A stretch of DNA of 64,000 nt from Azolla caroliniana (taxonomy: Eukaryota; Plantae; Polypodiophyta). The stretch is from positions 7,812,001-7,876,000 of the forward strand of contig JBHGNT010000008.1 of assembly GCA_043228905.1 (NCBI GenBank), in the 5' to 3' direction. The notes beneath the pieces were generated by a model. It was not told where the DNA came from. It did not search any database and was given only the letters and a program-made list of their open reading frames with translations. The position numbers and the translations under genes were made by a program. This document shows positions 1 through 14,448 of the stretch, in pieces (position 1 is the first letter of the stretch; each line of letters begins with the position of its first letter).

Positions 1-2158
1 AGCACCATCCAGATGGAGGTCATCTTTACTACCGAGGCAAATATCTCGTCGAAGTCCACGCCCTTCTTCTGCTAGAACCCGTTCCCCACAATCCTGGCTT
101 TGTATCTTGGGGGGTTGTCGGCATCTCCCGGTTTCAACTTGTACACCCACTTGTTTCGGAGTGCCCGCTTTCCTTTCGGCAACTCCACCAATTCGTACAT
201 ATGGTTCTCATGCAGGGAATCCATCTCATACTGCATGGCACTTAACCATTTGCGGCTATGGGTGTCACTTTTAACTTCCTCGAAGCTTTCTGGCTCCCCC
301 TCATCGATCAGCAGCACATGCTCTGCATCTGGAAATCTTCAGGGGGGCCTTCTCTCTTTGAGAGGATATCTCCGTCTTTGACCTTCGGCAACCGGCTCCA
401 CTATTTGTTCTTCATCCGAATCCAATTCGGGGTCTTGGTCGGTTTCGGTTTCACCTATTTCTTCTTCTTCGGCCTGTCTTGTCTCCTTACCGTCACTGGC
501 CGGTTCATCGAGTGCTAACTGGTCTCTTGCCGGTTGGGTCTGCTCATCGTAGAATAGATCTCCTCACTAGTCGACTCAGAGTTCATTATCTTCTTCTCCG
601 ACTCCCAATCGGCGAGCGTCTTGTCCTCCATGAAGATAATATCTCGACTCCGGAATACCTTCTTGTCGGCCAGGTCCCACACTCGGTAGCCGAACTCATC
701 GTCGCCGTAACCGAGGAATATGCATGGCCATGTCTTTGGATCCAACTTTCCTCTCCGGTCCTTAGCAACATGCACGTACGCGAGACACCCGACTACCTTC
801 AGATGCCGATAGGACACTTCCTTACCGGTCCAGACTCTCGGTGGCGTGTCTCCGTCCAAGGGTACTGAGGGTGATTTGTTTATCACATATGTCATCGTTG
901 ACAGTGCCTCAGCCCAAAACTTCTTGGGTAATTTTGCATGCGCCAGCATACTCCGGACCCTCTCCATTATGGTTTGGTTCATCCTCTCGGCCAGCCCGTT
1001 TAGTTCCGGCGTCTTTGGCACGGTAAATTTGAGCCGGATTCCCTTCGAGCGATAGTACTCCTCGAACTGCCCCCAGTATTCTCCTCCGTTATTTGCTCGA
1101 ACCGCCTTTAGCTTCCAGCCGGTTTCTCTTTCCACTCTCACGTGGAGCTCTTTGAAGACGGATAGCACCTGATCCTTCATCTTCAGCGGTGTGGCCCACA
1201 GCTACCGGCTATGGTCATCTATGAACGTCACGAAGTACTGCAATTCGGCATGTGACTTCGTGTCCACTTGACATACATTAGTATGCACCAACTCCAGTGG
1301 TGCATTACGTCTCATCGGTGGCCTCGATCGGAAGGAGGTCCGGTTTTGTTTACCGGCCAGAAAATTAGTGCACTTCTCCAAGTGCACGTTCTTCACTGGG
1401 ATGAGGTTGTCGTCTGCAAGCCTCTTCATCCCCTTCTCGCTCATGTGACACAGCCTCTTGTGCCACAGCTCACCGGCAGTGTCAGATGCCACGTTCACTT
1501 CCTCCGACCATAACCGGGCATTCATAAGGTACAACATGTTGACCTTCCGGACCCGAGCCACAATCAGGCTCCCTTTACTGAACTTCATAACACCGTTCCG
1601 GATGCTACCCGTGTAGCCTTCATCATCTAGCCGATCGGCTGATATCAGGTTCAGACGAACCTCCGAAACGTGTCGGACATCCTTCAGCAGCAGCTTGCAT
1701 CCGGTTGGTGTTGTCAACCACACGTCTCCTATGCCAACAATTCGGCATGTACCTTTATTCCCCATCCGGACACAGCTGTGATCATCGGTTGAGTAGGATG
1801 AGAAGCATTTCCAGTCCAGGGTAAGGTGGAACGACGCTCCGAAGTCGACCACCCAGGTCATCTCGTCGTCAGCAAGGTTTAGCTCACTCTCCTCGGTGAT
1901 GAGCATCAACTCTTCTTCACTTGCCGCGATTGCCGTCGTTCCCTTCCGGTCCGTTCCCCTCCTGTCTTTACCATTCCGGTCCAGTGTCTGCTTCGAATTA
2001 GTATCATCGGTTTCCTTGTCTTTTCGGAAGTGCCGACAGTTCTTCTAAAAGTGTCCCGGCTTGCCGCAATAGAAGCAGGTAGGCCTCCCCCTTGACTTTG
2101 ACCGTGTCCCCGACTTCTCCTAGTTCTGGGGACTATGGTTCCTTTGTCTTCCGCGTTC

Positions 2159-2634
2159 CGATACAATAAGGAGCGCTTTTATTAGAGATCTAGGTACTAA
2201 AATAAGCTTAAGATAAGGATAAACTAATGATAGATAGAAAGGAGAAAGAGAAAGAAGGGTGCCGATCCACCCGACCACCCCCGAGCGAAGGGATCGAGAC
2301 AAACTCGAGCCTCGATCGGCATCCCATACCACCGCCGTGGCGTCGAGTCGTACCTGGTGCTGGCGCACTCGCTACAAGAGTTGACCCACCACAAGAGCAG
2401 AGTCTCGATGTAGTCAAAAGATCTTCAAATGAGGGTAGCTAGGCCTCTTATTTATAGCGATACCCAAGGCCCCCAGGCAAGTTCACACTTGACCTAATGG
2501 GTTGTCTCAATCCCGAGGATTAAAAGTAATCCTCCCCTTATTTACACTCTCATTTAACCCTCACACTTATCCACGTGTATAGAATACTACGGTAAATTCT
2601 CACCACGGGATATTAAATGGTCATGCCCGTAACA
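2159..2634 (-). mobile_element. Solo LTR, gypsy-type, inserted in the copia gag
   Basis: 476-bp non-coding insert splitting gag between DSKA and ERGRQRNHSPQN; ends in ...GTAACA. Its reverse complement has CTATAAATAAGAGGCCTAGCTACCCTCAT, nearly matching TATAAATATGAGGCTTAGCTACCCTCAT in the 472-bp chromovirus LTR at 47551. No TSD seen. Confidence 0.7.
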
Positions 2635-3749
2635 GCTTTGGAGTCGGAGCTCGTATCCTTATCTTTCTGACGCGCCTCCTCATCTAGCAAGCTCGACTTC
2701 ACTCTTGCTAGGGATAACCGTTTTCCTTCCGGTCCGGCGTTGCCCAAAGTGACAACCAACGCCTCCCAGCTATTTGGGAGGCAACTGAGCAGGAGTAGTG
2801 CTAGTACCTCATCGGCGAGAGGTACTTCCAATGATGTTGCCTGGTGGATTAGCCCCTAGAAGGCATTCATGTGCTCTACCATGCTGGAGCCATCTTGGTA
2901 CCGGAGTCTTACTAGCTTCCGAAATACCGAAACCTGATTAACGGCATTTTTGTTCTGAAACATAATGTCGATCTTCTCCCAGAGCTCATGAGCCTTGCTC
3001 TCTTCATTGAAGTTGTTGTATAGACTCATGTCGATCAAGCACCGTATGTACGCCGTTGTCTTCATGTGCATCACCTCCCATATCGTGGCATCGATTTTGT
3101 CCGGTCTCTTGTCCCCAAACTGAACCGGCAACCAAAGATCTTTAACCACGAGCATGTCCCTCGTCTTTGACTTCCACACCGAATGGTTGGAGCCGGTGAG
3201 CTTGAACATGCCTCCCAACGAATCGTCCATTTTTCTGTGTCGTTTTGCTCTGATACCACTTTGACAGGAATGCACGCTCCCTAAAACATAGCACTCGGCC
3301 ACAACCGAGTCTAGGATCAAACACAGAAAATGGGTAAGGTACGCACGACATAGTGAAGAGAAGAGTACACAGGATGTTAACGTGGAAAACCCAAACTAGG
3401 GAAAAACCACGGCAGCCCACAGACTGCAAACTATCACTATATCACAATGTACAGTAGTAAAGCACTGAGGCAACGACCTCGAGCTTGCTATCTTTGCCAT
3501 AGGCGGCGGTTACAACAGAGGCAACGACCTCTTCCTCTCTCTCTCTCTCTCTCTATACACGGTTGCACTCAAATCTTGCACCAACAAGAATGACAACTCA
3601 TCTACTCTAAGTTTGCCCTAAATCATATTTATACTAATATGACTTTTCAGCTATTTACAAATATAGCCCCGATGGACTCTCAGAAAACATATTTACGAAT
3701 ATGTCCCTTCATCCAGTGAGCACTTCTCACCGGGCCTTCACCATCCGGC

Positions 3750-4040
3750 TCTTGCCGGGTACTCGTCATCCGGTTCTCACCGGGTCTTCCATTGCCAGGT
3801 ACTCCACATCCGGTTCTCATCGGGTCTTCCTTGCCGGGTACTTGTTATCCGGTTCTCACCGGGTCTTCCGTTGCTGGGTACTTGTCATCTGGTTCTCACC
3901 GGGTCTTCTGTTGCCGGGTACTCCACATCCGGTTCTCACCGGGTCTTCCTTGCCGGGTACTTGTCATCTGATTCTCACCGGGTCTTCTGTTGCCGGGTAC
4001 TCCACATCCGGTTCTCACTGGCTCTTCCTTGCCGGGTACT
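3750..4040. repeat. 39/40-bp tandem array (~7 units) inside a copia family A LTR
   Basis: Unit CCGGTTCTCACCGGGTCTTCC(G)TTGCCGGGTACTCGTCAT starting at ~3770, 3810, 3849, 3889, 3929, 3968, 4008. Confidence 0.95.
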
Positions 4041-4073
4041 CCAATCCCATCCGGAGGGATCTGTTTCCTAACA

Positions 4074-4775
4074 AAAAACAACGATGTATTCTCCCGTATG
4101 CACACAACAGTTCGGAACGCTCCGAACTTCGACGCCAAACCCCCGAGACAGATATGCACCATCTCGTCTTCCTCGACGTTCACATCGATGGAGGCTAAGG
4201 AGTCGCATATATCTTTGATCTTCAAGGTGTAATCAGCCACCGACAAATCGCGTTCTCGCAAGTTGCTCAATTCCTGTCGGAGTTGGAGCGTTCTGGCTAT
4301 GGTGCTTGCAGCGAAAATCTTTTTCAGATTTCCCCAGTCATCCTTCAGTGTTTTCGCATCCCAAATATATTTCAGAAGTTGTTCGCCCACACAACACGCG
4401 CGTAGAGAACTCTTCTCGCCGATTGTTCCCACGCTGGGAAGTCTTTGTGTGTCAAATCGAGTGTTGTGTCATTTGATCCGTCGACATAGCTCCAATATCC
4501 ATGCCCGAGCAGGTACTGGTGCATCTTGTACGACCAAGACGCGTAGTTGTTTCTGTTGAGCTTCTCGGTCGGAAGCGAGCTAGCCATGCCTCTATCCATT
4601 TTGTTTTCCCTGTTCTTTACAAAGGTTAGGTTTTCTTCTCGAGCTAAGGTCGGCTACAGAGGTTCTCAACCCTTGCGCTCTGATACCATGTTAAAAGAAC
4701 AATGTGTGGAAGCAACAGAAAGCAGAACGTAGGAAAACACAGGTTTAATGGAGACCTTGGACACACACAGTATGC

Positions 4776-4825
<50 letters not shown>

Positions 4826-5141
4826 ATACACACAACTCTATTCAAAAAATAATACTCAGTCTATACATAGAATGTGCTTAGTGAGCACTTTTATACAAGT
4901 CCATACGGACTGACAGAAGTACTAACACGTACTTCAATGCTCATAAATGAGCTCTACACTAACTCCCACAATATATTCCTACATGGAATATCTTTCCAAT
5001 GGCCTCGCGGTTTTACACACTGCTACGGCTTCTTGTTGCGCACCGGTTTACGCATCGGTCCAGCCTAACCGATCGGTCCCAACCAATCCGGTTCTCAGCT
5101 TGCACAGCCGATCCGGCCAATGTTGAGCTTGTATCTCAACA
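4074..5141 (-). mobile_element. Ty1/copia (local family B): 5' LTR, PBS and gag start
   Basis: gag ORFs 4372-4599 (NNYASWSYKMHQYLLGHGYW) and 3896-4432; PBS 4677-4688; LTR 4689-5141 (TG...CA), homologous to the LTR at 21506-21926. Confidence 0.88.
4778..4822. repeat. (GA)n microsatellite inside the family B LTR
   Basis: About 22 consecutive GA units. Confidence 0.95.
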
Positions 5142-8100
5142 ACATACAACAATATGACAACACCACATTAAAGTGTTTGCCCTAAGCCATATTTATACTT
5201 ATATGAACTTATGGCTATTTACAAATATAGCCTCAATAGGCTTACTCAAAACATATTCACAAATATGTCTTTTCTTCCGGTTCTCACCGGGTCCTCTTCA
5301 TTCAACACCGGATCCCATATGGAGGGACCGATTCCCCAAAAATCTCCCCCTTCACTTCGGCATGGGATGTCTTGTCAGCCCGATCCGCTTTCAGCACACG
5401 TCTAGCTTGTTAGTTGTCAACACCTTGGTCAGCGTGTTTGACCTGTTCTCCTCCATGTAAATCTTCGTCAGCCCAAACTCTTGATCTTCTACTCTCTCCC
5501 GGATCCAGTGGTACCTCCGTTGTATATGTTTTGTCCGGGAATGGTAGGCCGCGTTCTTTGCAAGGTGGATGGCACTTTGACTGTCGCAGTAGAGCCGGTA
5601 TTCCTCTTTTTGGATTCCTAACCCTCCGATGAAGTCCTTCATCCAGATTATCTCCTTGCTGGCTTCTACAGCTGCCATGTACTACACCTCCATGGTTGAC
5701 AATGCAACCGTCTTCTATAGGCTCGACTGCCATGATACAACTCCCCTTGCATAAGTCATGACATATCTGGATGTAGACCGGTTGGTATCTGCATCAGCTA
5801 ACATATCCGAATCGGTGAATCTATCAAGTTGGGGATTACTAGAGCCAAACTGGAGGCACATACTCGAGGTGCCTTTCAGATACCAGAGTATCCACTTGAC
5901 CGTGTTCCAGTGTTCTTTTCCGGGATTGCTCATGAACCGGCTCACCATTCTGACTACATATCCAATATCCAGCCGGGTACATACCATCGCCTACATCAAG
6001 CTTCCGACAACGGAGGCATATGGTATCTTCATCATATCCGTCTTCTCTACCTTTGTCCTCGAACTTGTTTTCCGGATAGCTTGTAGTTTGCCGGAAGTGT
6101 CGATCTGACTGGCTTCACCTCCGACATGTTGAACCGTTGAAGCACCTTTGTCATATACTTCTCCTATGACAACCACAACAACTTCTTCGATTGGTCCCAG
6201 ATTATGTGCATTCCCAATATCTGTCTTGCCGGCCCCAAGTCTTTCATTGAGAAGGTTCGGTTCAGAGCCTTCTTCAGCATCCGGATCTTGCCTTGGTCTC
6301 GTCAGACGATCAACATATCATCCACATATAGGAGCAATATCATGAAGTCTTCTCCGTCAAATTTCTTCACGAACACGTAGTGGTCGGCTTGCGTCTTGTG
6401 GTACCCTTGGTCGGTCATGAAGGAGTCAAATTTCCGGTACCATTGGCGGGGAGCTTGCTTCAGTCCGTATAAGCTCTTCTTCAGCCAGCACACCAGGTGC
6501 TCCTTCCCTTTCTTCTCAAATCCTTTCGGTTGATGCATGTAAATCTCTTCTTCGAGGTTACCATGGAGGAATGTCGTTTTGACATCCAATTGCTCTACCT
6601 CGAGGTCCATGCTTGTCATTATGCCCAATACCGTCTGGATAGATGTCATCTTTACTACCGGGGCAAAGATCTCATCGAAGTCCACTCCTTTCTTCTGCTA
6701 GAAGCCCTTCACCACGATCCGGGCTTTGTACCTTGGTGGATTTCCGACGTCTCCCGGTTTCAGCTTGTACATCCACTTGTTCCAGAGTGCTCTCTTCCCT
6801 TTCGGCAACTCCATCAGTTCATATGTTTGGTTCTCATGCATGGAATCCATCTCGTCCTACATGGCACTCAACCACTTGCGATTGTGGGTGTCTCTCTTTG
6901 CTTCTCCAAAGCTTTCTGGCTCCCCCTCATCGGTTAGCAACACATGCTCTACATCCGGAAATCTCTAGGGGGCTCTTCTCTCCCAAAGAGGATATCTCTG
7001 TCCCTGGTTTCTGACTACTGGTTTCTCCATATGTTCCTCATATGAATCCGATTCGGGATCTTGTCCGGTTGTGGTGTCTTCTTCTTCTTCTTCTTCTTCG
7101 GTCGTTCGGTTTCCTATCCATATGTGGCCGGTTCGTCGAGTGTCATCCGGTTTTCAACAGGGTAGGTCCTTGTGTCCTCAAGCCGGTTCTCATTGGATGA
7201 TCCAGAGTTGATCATCCTCTTCTCCGACTCCCAATTGGCAATGGTCCTATCTTCCATGAAGATTATGTCCTGACTCTGAAACACCTTCTTGTCGACCAGA
7301 TCCCACACCAGGTAATCGAACTCATCATCGCCGTATCCAAGGAATATGCATGGTCGAGACTTCGGATCCAGCTTTGCTCTCTTGTCCTTCACCACATGCA
7401 TGTAAGCGAGACACCCGAACACCTTCAGATGCCGGTAAGATATATCTTTACCGGTCCATAGTTTCTAAGGGGAGTCTCCTCCCAAGGGTACTAAGGGTGA
7501 TCAGTTTATCACATAGGTCGTCGTCGTCAGCACCTCAGCCCAAAACGTCTTGGGTAACTTGGCATGTGTGAGCATGCTCCGGACTCTCTCCATTATGGTC
7601 CGGTTAATCCTTTCCGCCAGCCCGTTCAATTCCAGCATATTCGGCATGGTAAATTCGAGCCGGATTCCCTTCAACCGGCAATACTCCTCGAACTACCCCG
7701 GATATTCTCCTCCGTTATCTACTCGAACCTCCTTCAGCTTCCGGCCGGTTTCTCTTTCCACTCTCGCGTGGAGCTCCTAGAAGACGGATACCACCTGATC
7801 CTTCATCTTCAACCGTGAGACCCACGGCTTCCGGTTGTGATCGTTTATGAACGTCATGAAGTACTGCGATCCGGCATCTAACTTCGTGTCCACTTGACAC
7901 ACATTGGTATGCACCAGCTCTAGTAGTGCATTCCGTCTCATTAGTGGTCTTGACCGGAAGGAGGTTCGGTTTTGTTTGTTGGCCAAGAAATCGGTGCACT
8001 TCTCAAGTTGCACATCCTTCACCGGAATAAGATTGACTTCGGCAAGCCTCTTCATCCCCTTCTCACTCATGTGACACAGTCTTTTGTGCCAAAGCTCACC

Positions 8101-9936
8101 GGCAGTGTCGGATGCTACGTTCACTTCTTCCCGCCATATCCAGGCATTCATGAAGTATAATGTGTTGACCTTCCGAGCTCGAACCACTATTAGGCTCCCT
8201 TTGCAGAACTTCATGACTCCGTTCCGAATGCTACCTGTGTAGCCTTCATCATCTAGCTAACCGGCTGATATCAGGTTCAGTCGAACCTCTGGAACGTGTT
8301 GAACATCCTTCAACAACAACTTGCATACGGTTGATGTCGTCAATAACACATCTCCTATGCCGACAATTCGGCATGTACCTTCATTCCCCATCCGGACACA
8401 GCCATGATCACTAGCTGTGTAGGATGAGAAGCATCTCCGATCCGGTGTCAGGTTGAACGATGCTCCGAAATCAACAACCCACGTTGTCTCGTCGCCGACA
8501 ATGTTAAACTCATTCTCCTCGGTGATGAGCATCAGTTCCTCTTCACTTGTCGCGATTGCCGACATTCCTTTCTGATATGGGCCTCTCCAATCCGAACCGT
8601 TTCGATCCGAACTCAACTTTGAATCGGTAGTGTCGGTTTCTTTCTCTTTTCGGAAATGCCGACAGTTCTTCTGGAAGTGTCTCATCTTCCCGCAATAGAA
8701 GCGCGTGGGCCTCCCCCTTGACTTTGACCTTGTCCTTGATTTGTCCAAGTTTTGGGAACTCAAATACCAGCCTCTTCCCCAATTGTGGTCATCTTCCGTG
8801 ACCAAGGCCTTCAGATCGGTTCCGGACTCCCGGTCCTTCCGGCGAGTTTCTTCATCTAGCAAGCTTGATTTTACCCTTGCTAGGGACAATTGTTTTCCTT
8901 CCGGCCCGACGTTGCCCAACGTGACAACTAACGTCTCCCAGTTATCCGAGAGGGAACCGAGCAGGAGCAATGCGAGTACCTCATCGGCGAGAGGTACTTC
9001 CAACGAGGTTGCTTGGTGTATCAGTCCCTGGAGGCATTCATGTGCTCCGCCATACTAGAGCCATCCTAGTATCGGAGCCTCACTAGCTTCCGGAATACCG
9101 AAACCCGATTAACAACATTCTTGTTCTAGAACATGATGCCGATCTTCTCCCAAAGTTCATTAGCCTTGCTCTCATCATTGAAGTTGTTGTACAAGCTCAT
9201 CTTAATGAAGCACCGGATGTATGCCATCGTCTTCATGTGCATCACCTCCCACATTGTGGCATCGATCTTATTCACTCTCTTGTCCCCGAACTGAACCAGC
9301 AACCAAAGATCTTTAACCACCAACATATCCCTCATCTTCGACTTCCACACTGAGTAGTTGGAGCTGGTGAGCTTGAACATGTTGCCGAACAATTATTCCA
9401 TTTCCTGTGTTGTTCACTCTGATACTAGTTTGAAGAGAATCGCGCGGAATATATATTCGGCCACAACTGAGTAATGAATCACTTCAATGAGAATCAAACA
9501 CAGAAATACGTACCCACACAGACAATAGAGAGTACACAAGATGTTTACGTGGAAACCCCAAAATGGGAAAAACCATGAGAGCCCATAGACTTCAAACTAA
9601 CACTTTGAAGGAAGAAGGTACACTCAAAAACTTGGAGGCAACGACCTTGAGCTCTGTATCTTCGCTAACCGGCGGTTACAACAGAGGATCGCTCTATATT
9701 TCTCTCTCACACACTCTCTCTATACAACAGCTATGCACATACAACAATATGACAACACCACACTAAAGTGTTTGCCCTAAGTCATATTTATACTTATATG
9801 AACTTAGGGCTATTTACAAATATAGCCTCAATAGGCTTACTCAAAACATATTCATAAATATGTCTTTTCTTCCAATTCTCACCAAGTCCTCTTCATTCAA
9901 CATCGAATCCCATCCGGAGGGACCGATTTCCCAACA
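5142..9936 (-). mobile_element. Ty1/copia family A element, near complete, degenerate
   Basis: 5' LTR 9431-9936; degenerate PBS ~9416-9428; gag (9126-9392, 8257-9003), integrase, RT (LLYVDDML, 6302-6685), RNase H (YCDSQSAIHLAKN, 5391-5678); PPT ~5342-5356; 3' LTR remnant 5142-5341, cut by the family B insertion. Confidence 0.92.
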
Positions 9937-12900
9937 ACCACGAGTGCAACTGCGAGACCCTCGATAGAGATGGCCAAGAGGATTTTTAGAGAGGGCTATC
10001 AAGGCGTGGGGCCACGATAGTCCGGACACCCCGAAGAAACCCCACACATGTACCATAGGTAGGAAATTTTGGTTCTCCGACAGTGGGGGTTGTACGATAA
10101 TCGGCGTCAGCAGCCGGGAAAAGAAGAGGGTCGAGGAGCATCTTAGGACGTGCGGGGCCCGTAGCTCCAACGATGAGATTAGCGGCGCCGTGGAGGCTGT
10201 CTCACTGGACGACACCCTTGGAGAGATCGGGAAGCTTGTCGAAGAAGGCCTGAGTGGAGACCGGGTGATTCCAGTCAGTTCTGTGGAAATGTACGAAGTC
10301 ATTGCGAACTTCGGGGAGAAGGTCAGGTCCCATCGGACGGACCGCGTAGACACGAGGTACAAGATTGTGGACCGGAAGGTGAAGCCAGTTGCGGCACCCT
10401 TGCCAGAGGGTAGCGAGGAGCAGATCAAGGGGATCACGTCAGACTCAAGTTTGCGGAATCCGGCTAGCATAGGGCACCGATTCACCGACGAGATGCTACG
10501 GGAGCTCAAGATCAGTGGGGTGGCTTTTTACTATCGGCGGAGGAGAACCGGTTTCTGAAGATGCTCGAGAGGCACGAGAAGGCCTTCACAATCTCACTGG
10601 AGGAGATCGGGTGTGTGGACCCAATGATCGTGGAGTTGATGGTTATCTTCACGGTACCGCATGTGCCCTGGAACCTCAAGCCAATTCTGGTACCCAGAGC
10701 TCACATCCCGAAGCTGATGGAGCTACTAAAGCAGAAGGTGGAGATGGGCATCCTCGAGCCGTCGAGTGCCCCGTATTCAAATCGGTGGTTTACGGTACCA
10801 AAGAAGAATGGCACGTTGTGCTTCATTCAAGACCTGCAGCCGGTCAATAAAGTGACCATTCGAAACGCGGGAATCAGGCCGACCATTAATGAGTTCACGG
10901 AAGCCTTCGCTGGAAGGTCGATCTATTTGGTTGGCGATCTATATTCGGGATACGACCAATTCCAACTAGTCGTAGAGAGCAGGGATATTACGACAATGCG
11001 GACTCCTCTTGGCTTAGTACAGATGTGTACCCTGCAGCAAGGAGGGGCGAACTCGGTAGCGCAGATGGTGAACACAATGAACAAGGTGATGAGGGACTGC
11101 ATCCTGGGCATCACCATGCCATTCTTGCCTGACATCCCAATCAAGGGATGTCCAGTGGAAGATAATGATGAATCGGTCGGGCTAGACAGATGTCGGAGGT
11201 TCGTGGCGGACCACATCAAGAACTGCGAGAAGGTGCTACAGAGGCTCGAGAGTGCGCGGCTCACCTTCTCCAGAGAGAAGTTGGCTTTCTGGCAATCTGA
11301 AATCTTGGTGGTTGGACACTTGTGCGGGCCTTACGGCCAGAAACCGTCTCCGGCAAAGGTGGAGGCCATCTCCGTGATGAAGGAAGAATGCAAGCCGGCT
11401 ACAAAGGTCAGGAGGTTCCTAGGTGCACGCATGTTCTACCACATCTGGATTCCGCATTACGCACACGTCACGGAACCGCTCTATGGGTTGTTGAAAAAGG
11501 GGCGTAAGTTCAAATGGAACAAGGAGCACGCGGAGTCAGTCCGGAGGTTAAAAGAGGCACCAGCCGCAGCACCGGCCCTCCGGAAAGTGATTTACGAAAA
11601 GGGGGTCCCGGTTTATGTGACCGTGGACACAAGCCCGACCGGGATTGGAACGGTGCGAGGTTCCCCATCCGGTTCGGGGCGAAGGTATTGAGTGAGCGGC
11701 AGTGAGGATACGTCTAGGTTAAACGCAAACTCTAGGGTATCATTTCGGCAGTCAAGGCCGACAGAGACTATATGATCGGGACGGAGGTAATAATCGAGAC
11801 GGACTGCCTACCTATCCTAGGTATGGTTTTCGGATGCGTGACTCCGGACCTAGCTATGCTCAGGTGGATCGCGTACATCAAGTCCCTGAATCCGGAGATA
11901 CGGCACATCTCCGGGAAAGACAACGCCATGGACGATATGCTTTCGAGAGCGTAGTTCGACGATGAGGACGGCATGGTCTCCGAAGACGAAGAAGTCGGCC
12001 TAGACTTCTACGAGTCGGCTCGCATAGCGGCAAGGGAGGGGAGCACTCTAGCACTCAGTGACTTCAATGAGAACGAGTACGACGGGGAGTGGCTCCGGAT
12101 CGGAAGGTTCCTAAAAACGTTAACGTCGGACGCAGCATGGATGAAGGACGAGGCGAACAGGATCTGGAAGAAGGCTTACCAGTTCTTCCTGCGGAAGAGG
12201 AGTATATGGAGGCACCCAAAGAAGCGTAACGGCATTCCACTCCGTGTAGTAGTGAGGAGGGAAGAGCAGGAGGTGTTGTTGTCGGTGTATCACGAGAGTC
12301 CTTGGGCCAGACACCACGGGACATGGGCTACGTTTGAGAAGCTGAAGGAGAAATATTGGTGGCCGAGGATGTATCGGGACACGCACCGGTTCGTGACGAC
12401 CTGCGAGAGCTGCCAGATGCATTCCACGATCCAGCATAGAGAAGAGTTGCACCCGACCTACCCGACGACCGGACTTAGTGACGATGCAGATGGGGATAGG
12501 GCAGATGCGGTATCTTGTGCTTGCGCGAGAAGACCTGACGAACCAGGTGGAGGGTTGTGCACTGTAGAACAAGACGACTGCGACCATGTCCCGGTTCCTG
12601 ATCAAGGACGTGATCTACGGTACGGTTGTGTCGGGAAGATCATGGTTGACCGGGGAGAGTTGGACGCGCAAGAAACTGAAGAGTTGTTCGGCCAATTAGG
12701 GGTAAAACTCTCCCTCACTACGGAATACAACCTGGAGGCAAATGGGAAGATAGAGCGCGGACACGGGCCAATCATAAAGGCGTTAGTACGGCCGTGCGAA
12801 AGGCAAGTCAGGAATTGGTCATGACTCCTACCTTACGCATTGTGGGTGGACCGAACTACGCACAACTCGGTGACCAGGTTCATGCCGATGGAGCAGACGA

Positions 12901-14448
12901 TTTCTTCGTGGCTGGCAATCGAGTGGGTGGAAGAAATGAGTTGGGAGGAGCTATTGGCAGCGCGGATTTGCCAGCTCGAGCGAAGGCCAGAGGACGTGGA
13001 ACGGGCAAAGATGAAATTGTACGTGGCCCAGAAGAAGAACGAGGACCAATTTGATCGGACACACCAGTTGAGACCGAAGAACATCGATGAAGGCGACTAG
13101 GTGTTGGTTTATGACAGCAGCCTCGACAACCAGCATAAGGCCACATGGAAATTCGCAAGGAGATGGTTCGGGCCCTACGTGGTGACGAGAGCGAACGACA
13201 ACGCCACGTACCATCTCGCGGAGCTTGACGGAACACGAGTGGCGGTACCGGTTGCGGGAAATCGGATCAAGGCATTCAAGAAACGGTGCGAGGACGAGCC
13301 GAACCCGGGTTGCAAAGACAAGAATGGCGACCCGGAAAGAGCGAACGAAGGCGGGAAGATCGACGGATCAGAGGACGACGAGTGACAAATGGCCGGTTCT
13401 TCCCCATATCTCTCTCTCTCAGCACATACCGGTCGACGTGCAGTTTGGTGGGGGTGGATGTCGTGGGGAAAACCGGCTACAAGAAGAAATGGAGACCAAA
13501 GGCGTGTGAACCGCAGCGTGCACAGATTCACGCTAATTATAAATTATGCTTGTAAATAACCTAGGACTAGGCTAGGTTGGCGTGACGTAGGACACTTTAA
13601 TAGGACGAATAAATCTAGGCGAATCTCTGTCCAAAACGGCAGAGAATAACTACTTGATGTAACTGTCCCCTCTCTCTCCTGGGGGTCTATAAAAGGAGGG
13701 AGAGAGGACTGAGTTGAGGGGGGATTGAGGAGAACGAAGTGTTGCCAGACTGGGAACCATGCGCTATTCTCTGTTTCATTCTCTGCAAGAGTTCTTTACC
13801 AGACGCCTATATTCGTGCAGGAAGCCCGTGTGCTCCTGACAGAGGCTTCACATTGTATCTCGGAGTTGGGGTGTGTGTATTGTTGGCTGAGTCGTGGCTC
13901 GACTACCGGCGTGCCGGGTGTAACCTGTTTTCGTAATTGATTGTGGTCCCCTTTTCTCTTCTAATTGTCTCTCGCGTTGCTCTAGTTTCGTTTGAGCCGG
14001 ACGAGCTCTGTGTTTGCGGCACCCAACATCTTGCACGACACGCGCTCGTTGTGTCACGAAGGGGTGGAATGAGACTAAGTACTAAGAGAGAGCGAAAGCA
14101 TAAGCAAGATCACAAGATTGTCAAGGACAAGTAGACGAAGCTCAATATTAAGAGATAGCGGGAGAGAGAGAGCATAGACAAGAGAACAAGCAAGAGAGAG
14201 GATAGACAAATAAACAAGAACTGTATATGCTTTCATAACTGGTGTTGTTCACCTTGATTGTAATCAAGGTGTACCCCAATATTTATACAAGAATGTGGAG
14301 GTATGCATGAAAGGTAGGAGACTTCTAGAGATTGCATGGAAATTTCTGGAGAGTGCATGAAGATGCATTCCCTAGAAGGTTCTTGAAAGTTCTAGAGATC
14401 AATATATAATGAAATAAGTTGAGTCTTAAACAATACAATAATGCATAG

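Larger units (their letters stand above)
1..4073 (-). mobile_element. Ty1/copia LTR retrotransposon (Tnt1/Tork-like, local family A), degenerate; 5' half only
   Basis: Minus-strand ORF pieces: gag (2635-3230), protease/GAG-pre-integrase (WVVDFGASFH, ELWHKRLCHMS; 1202-1909), integrase (NGLAERMN; 515-1180), RT start (72-317). tRNA-iMet PBS gctctgatacca at 3247-3258; 5' LTR 3262-4073 (TG...CA). Many stops and frameshifts. Confidence 0.92.

Noticed and set aside
3701-4232. CRISPR-like array or real proteins from the 39/40-bp repeats (also 43067-43706)
   Set aside because: No unique spacers and no cas genes; the units are head-to-tail inside LTRs and the ORFs are by-products of the repeat.
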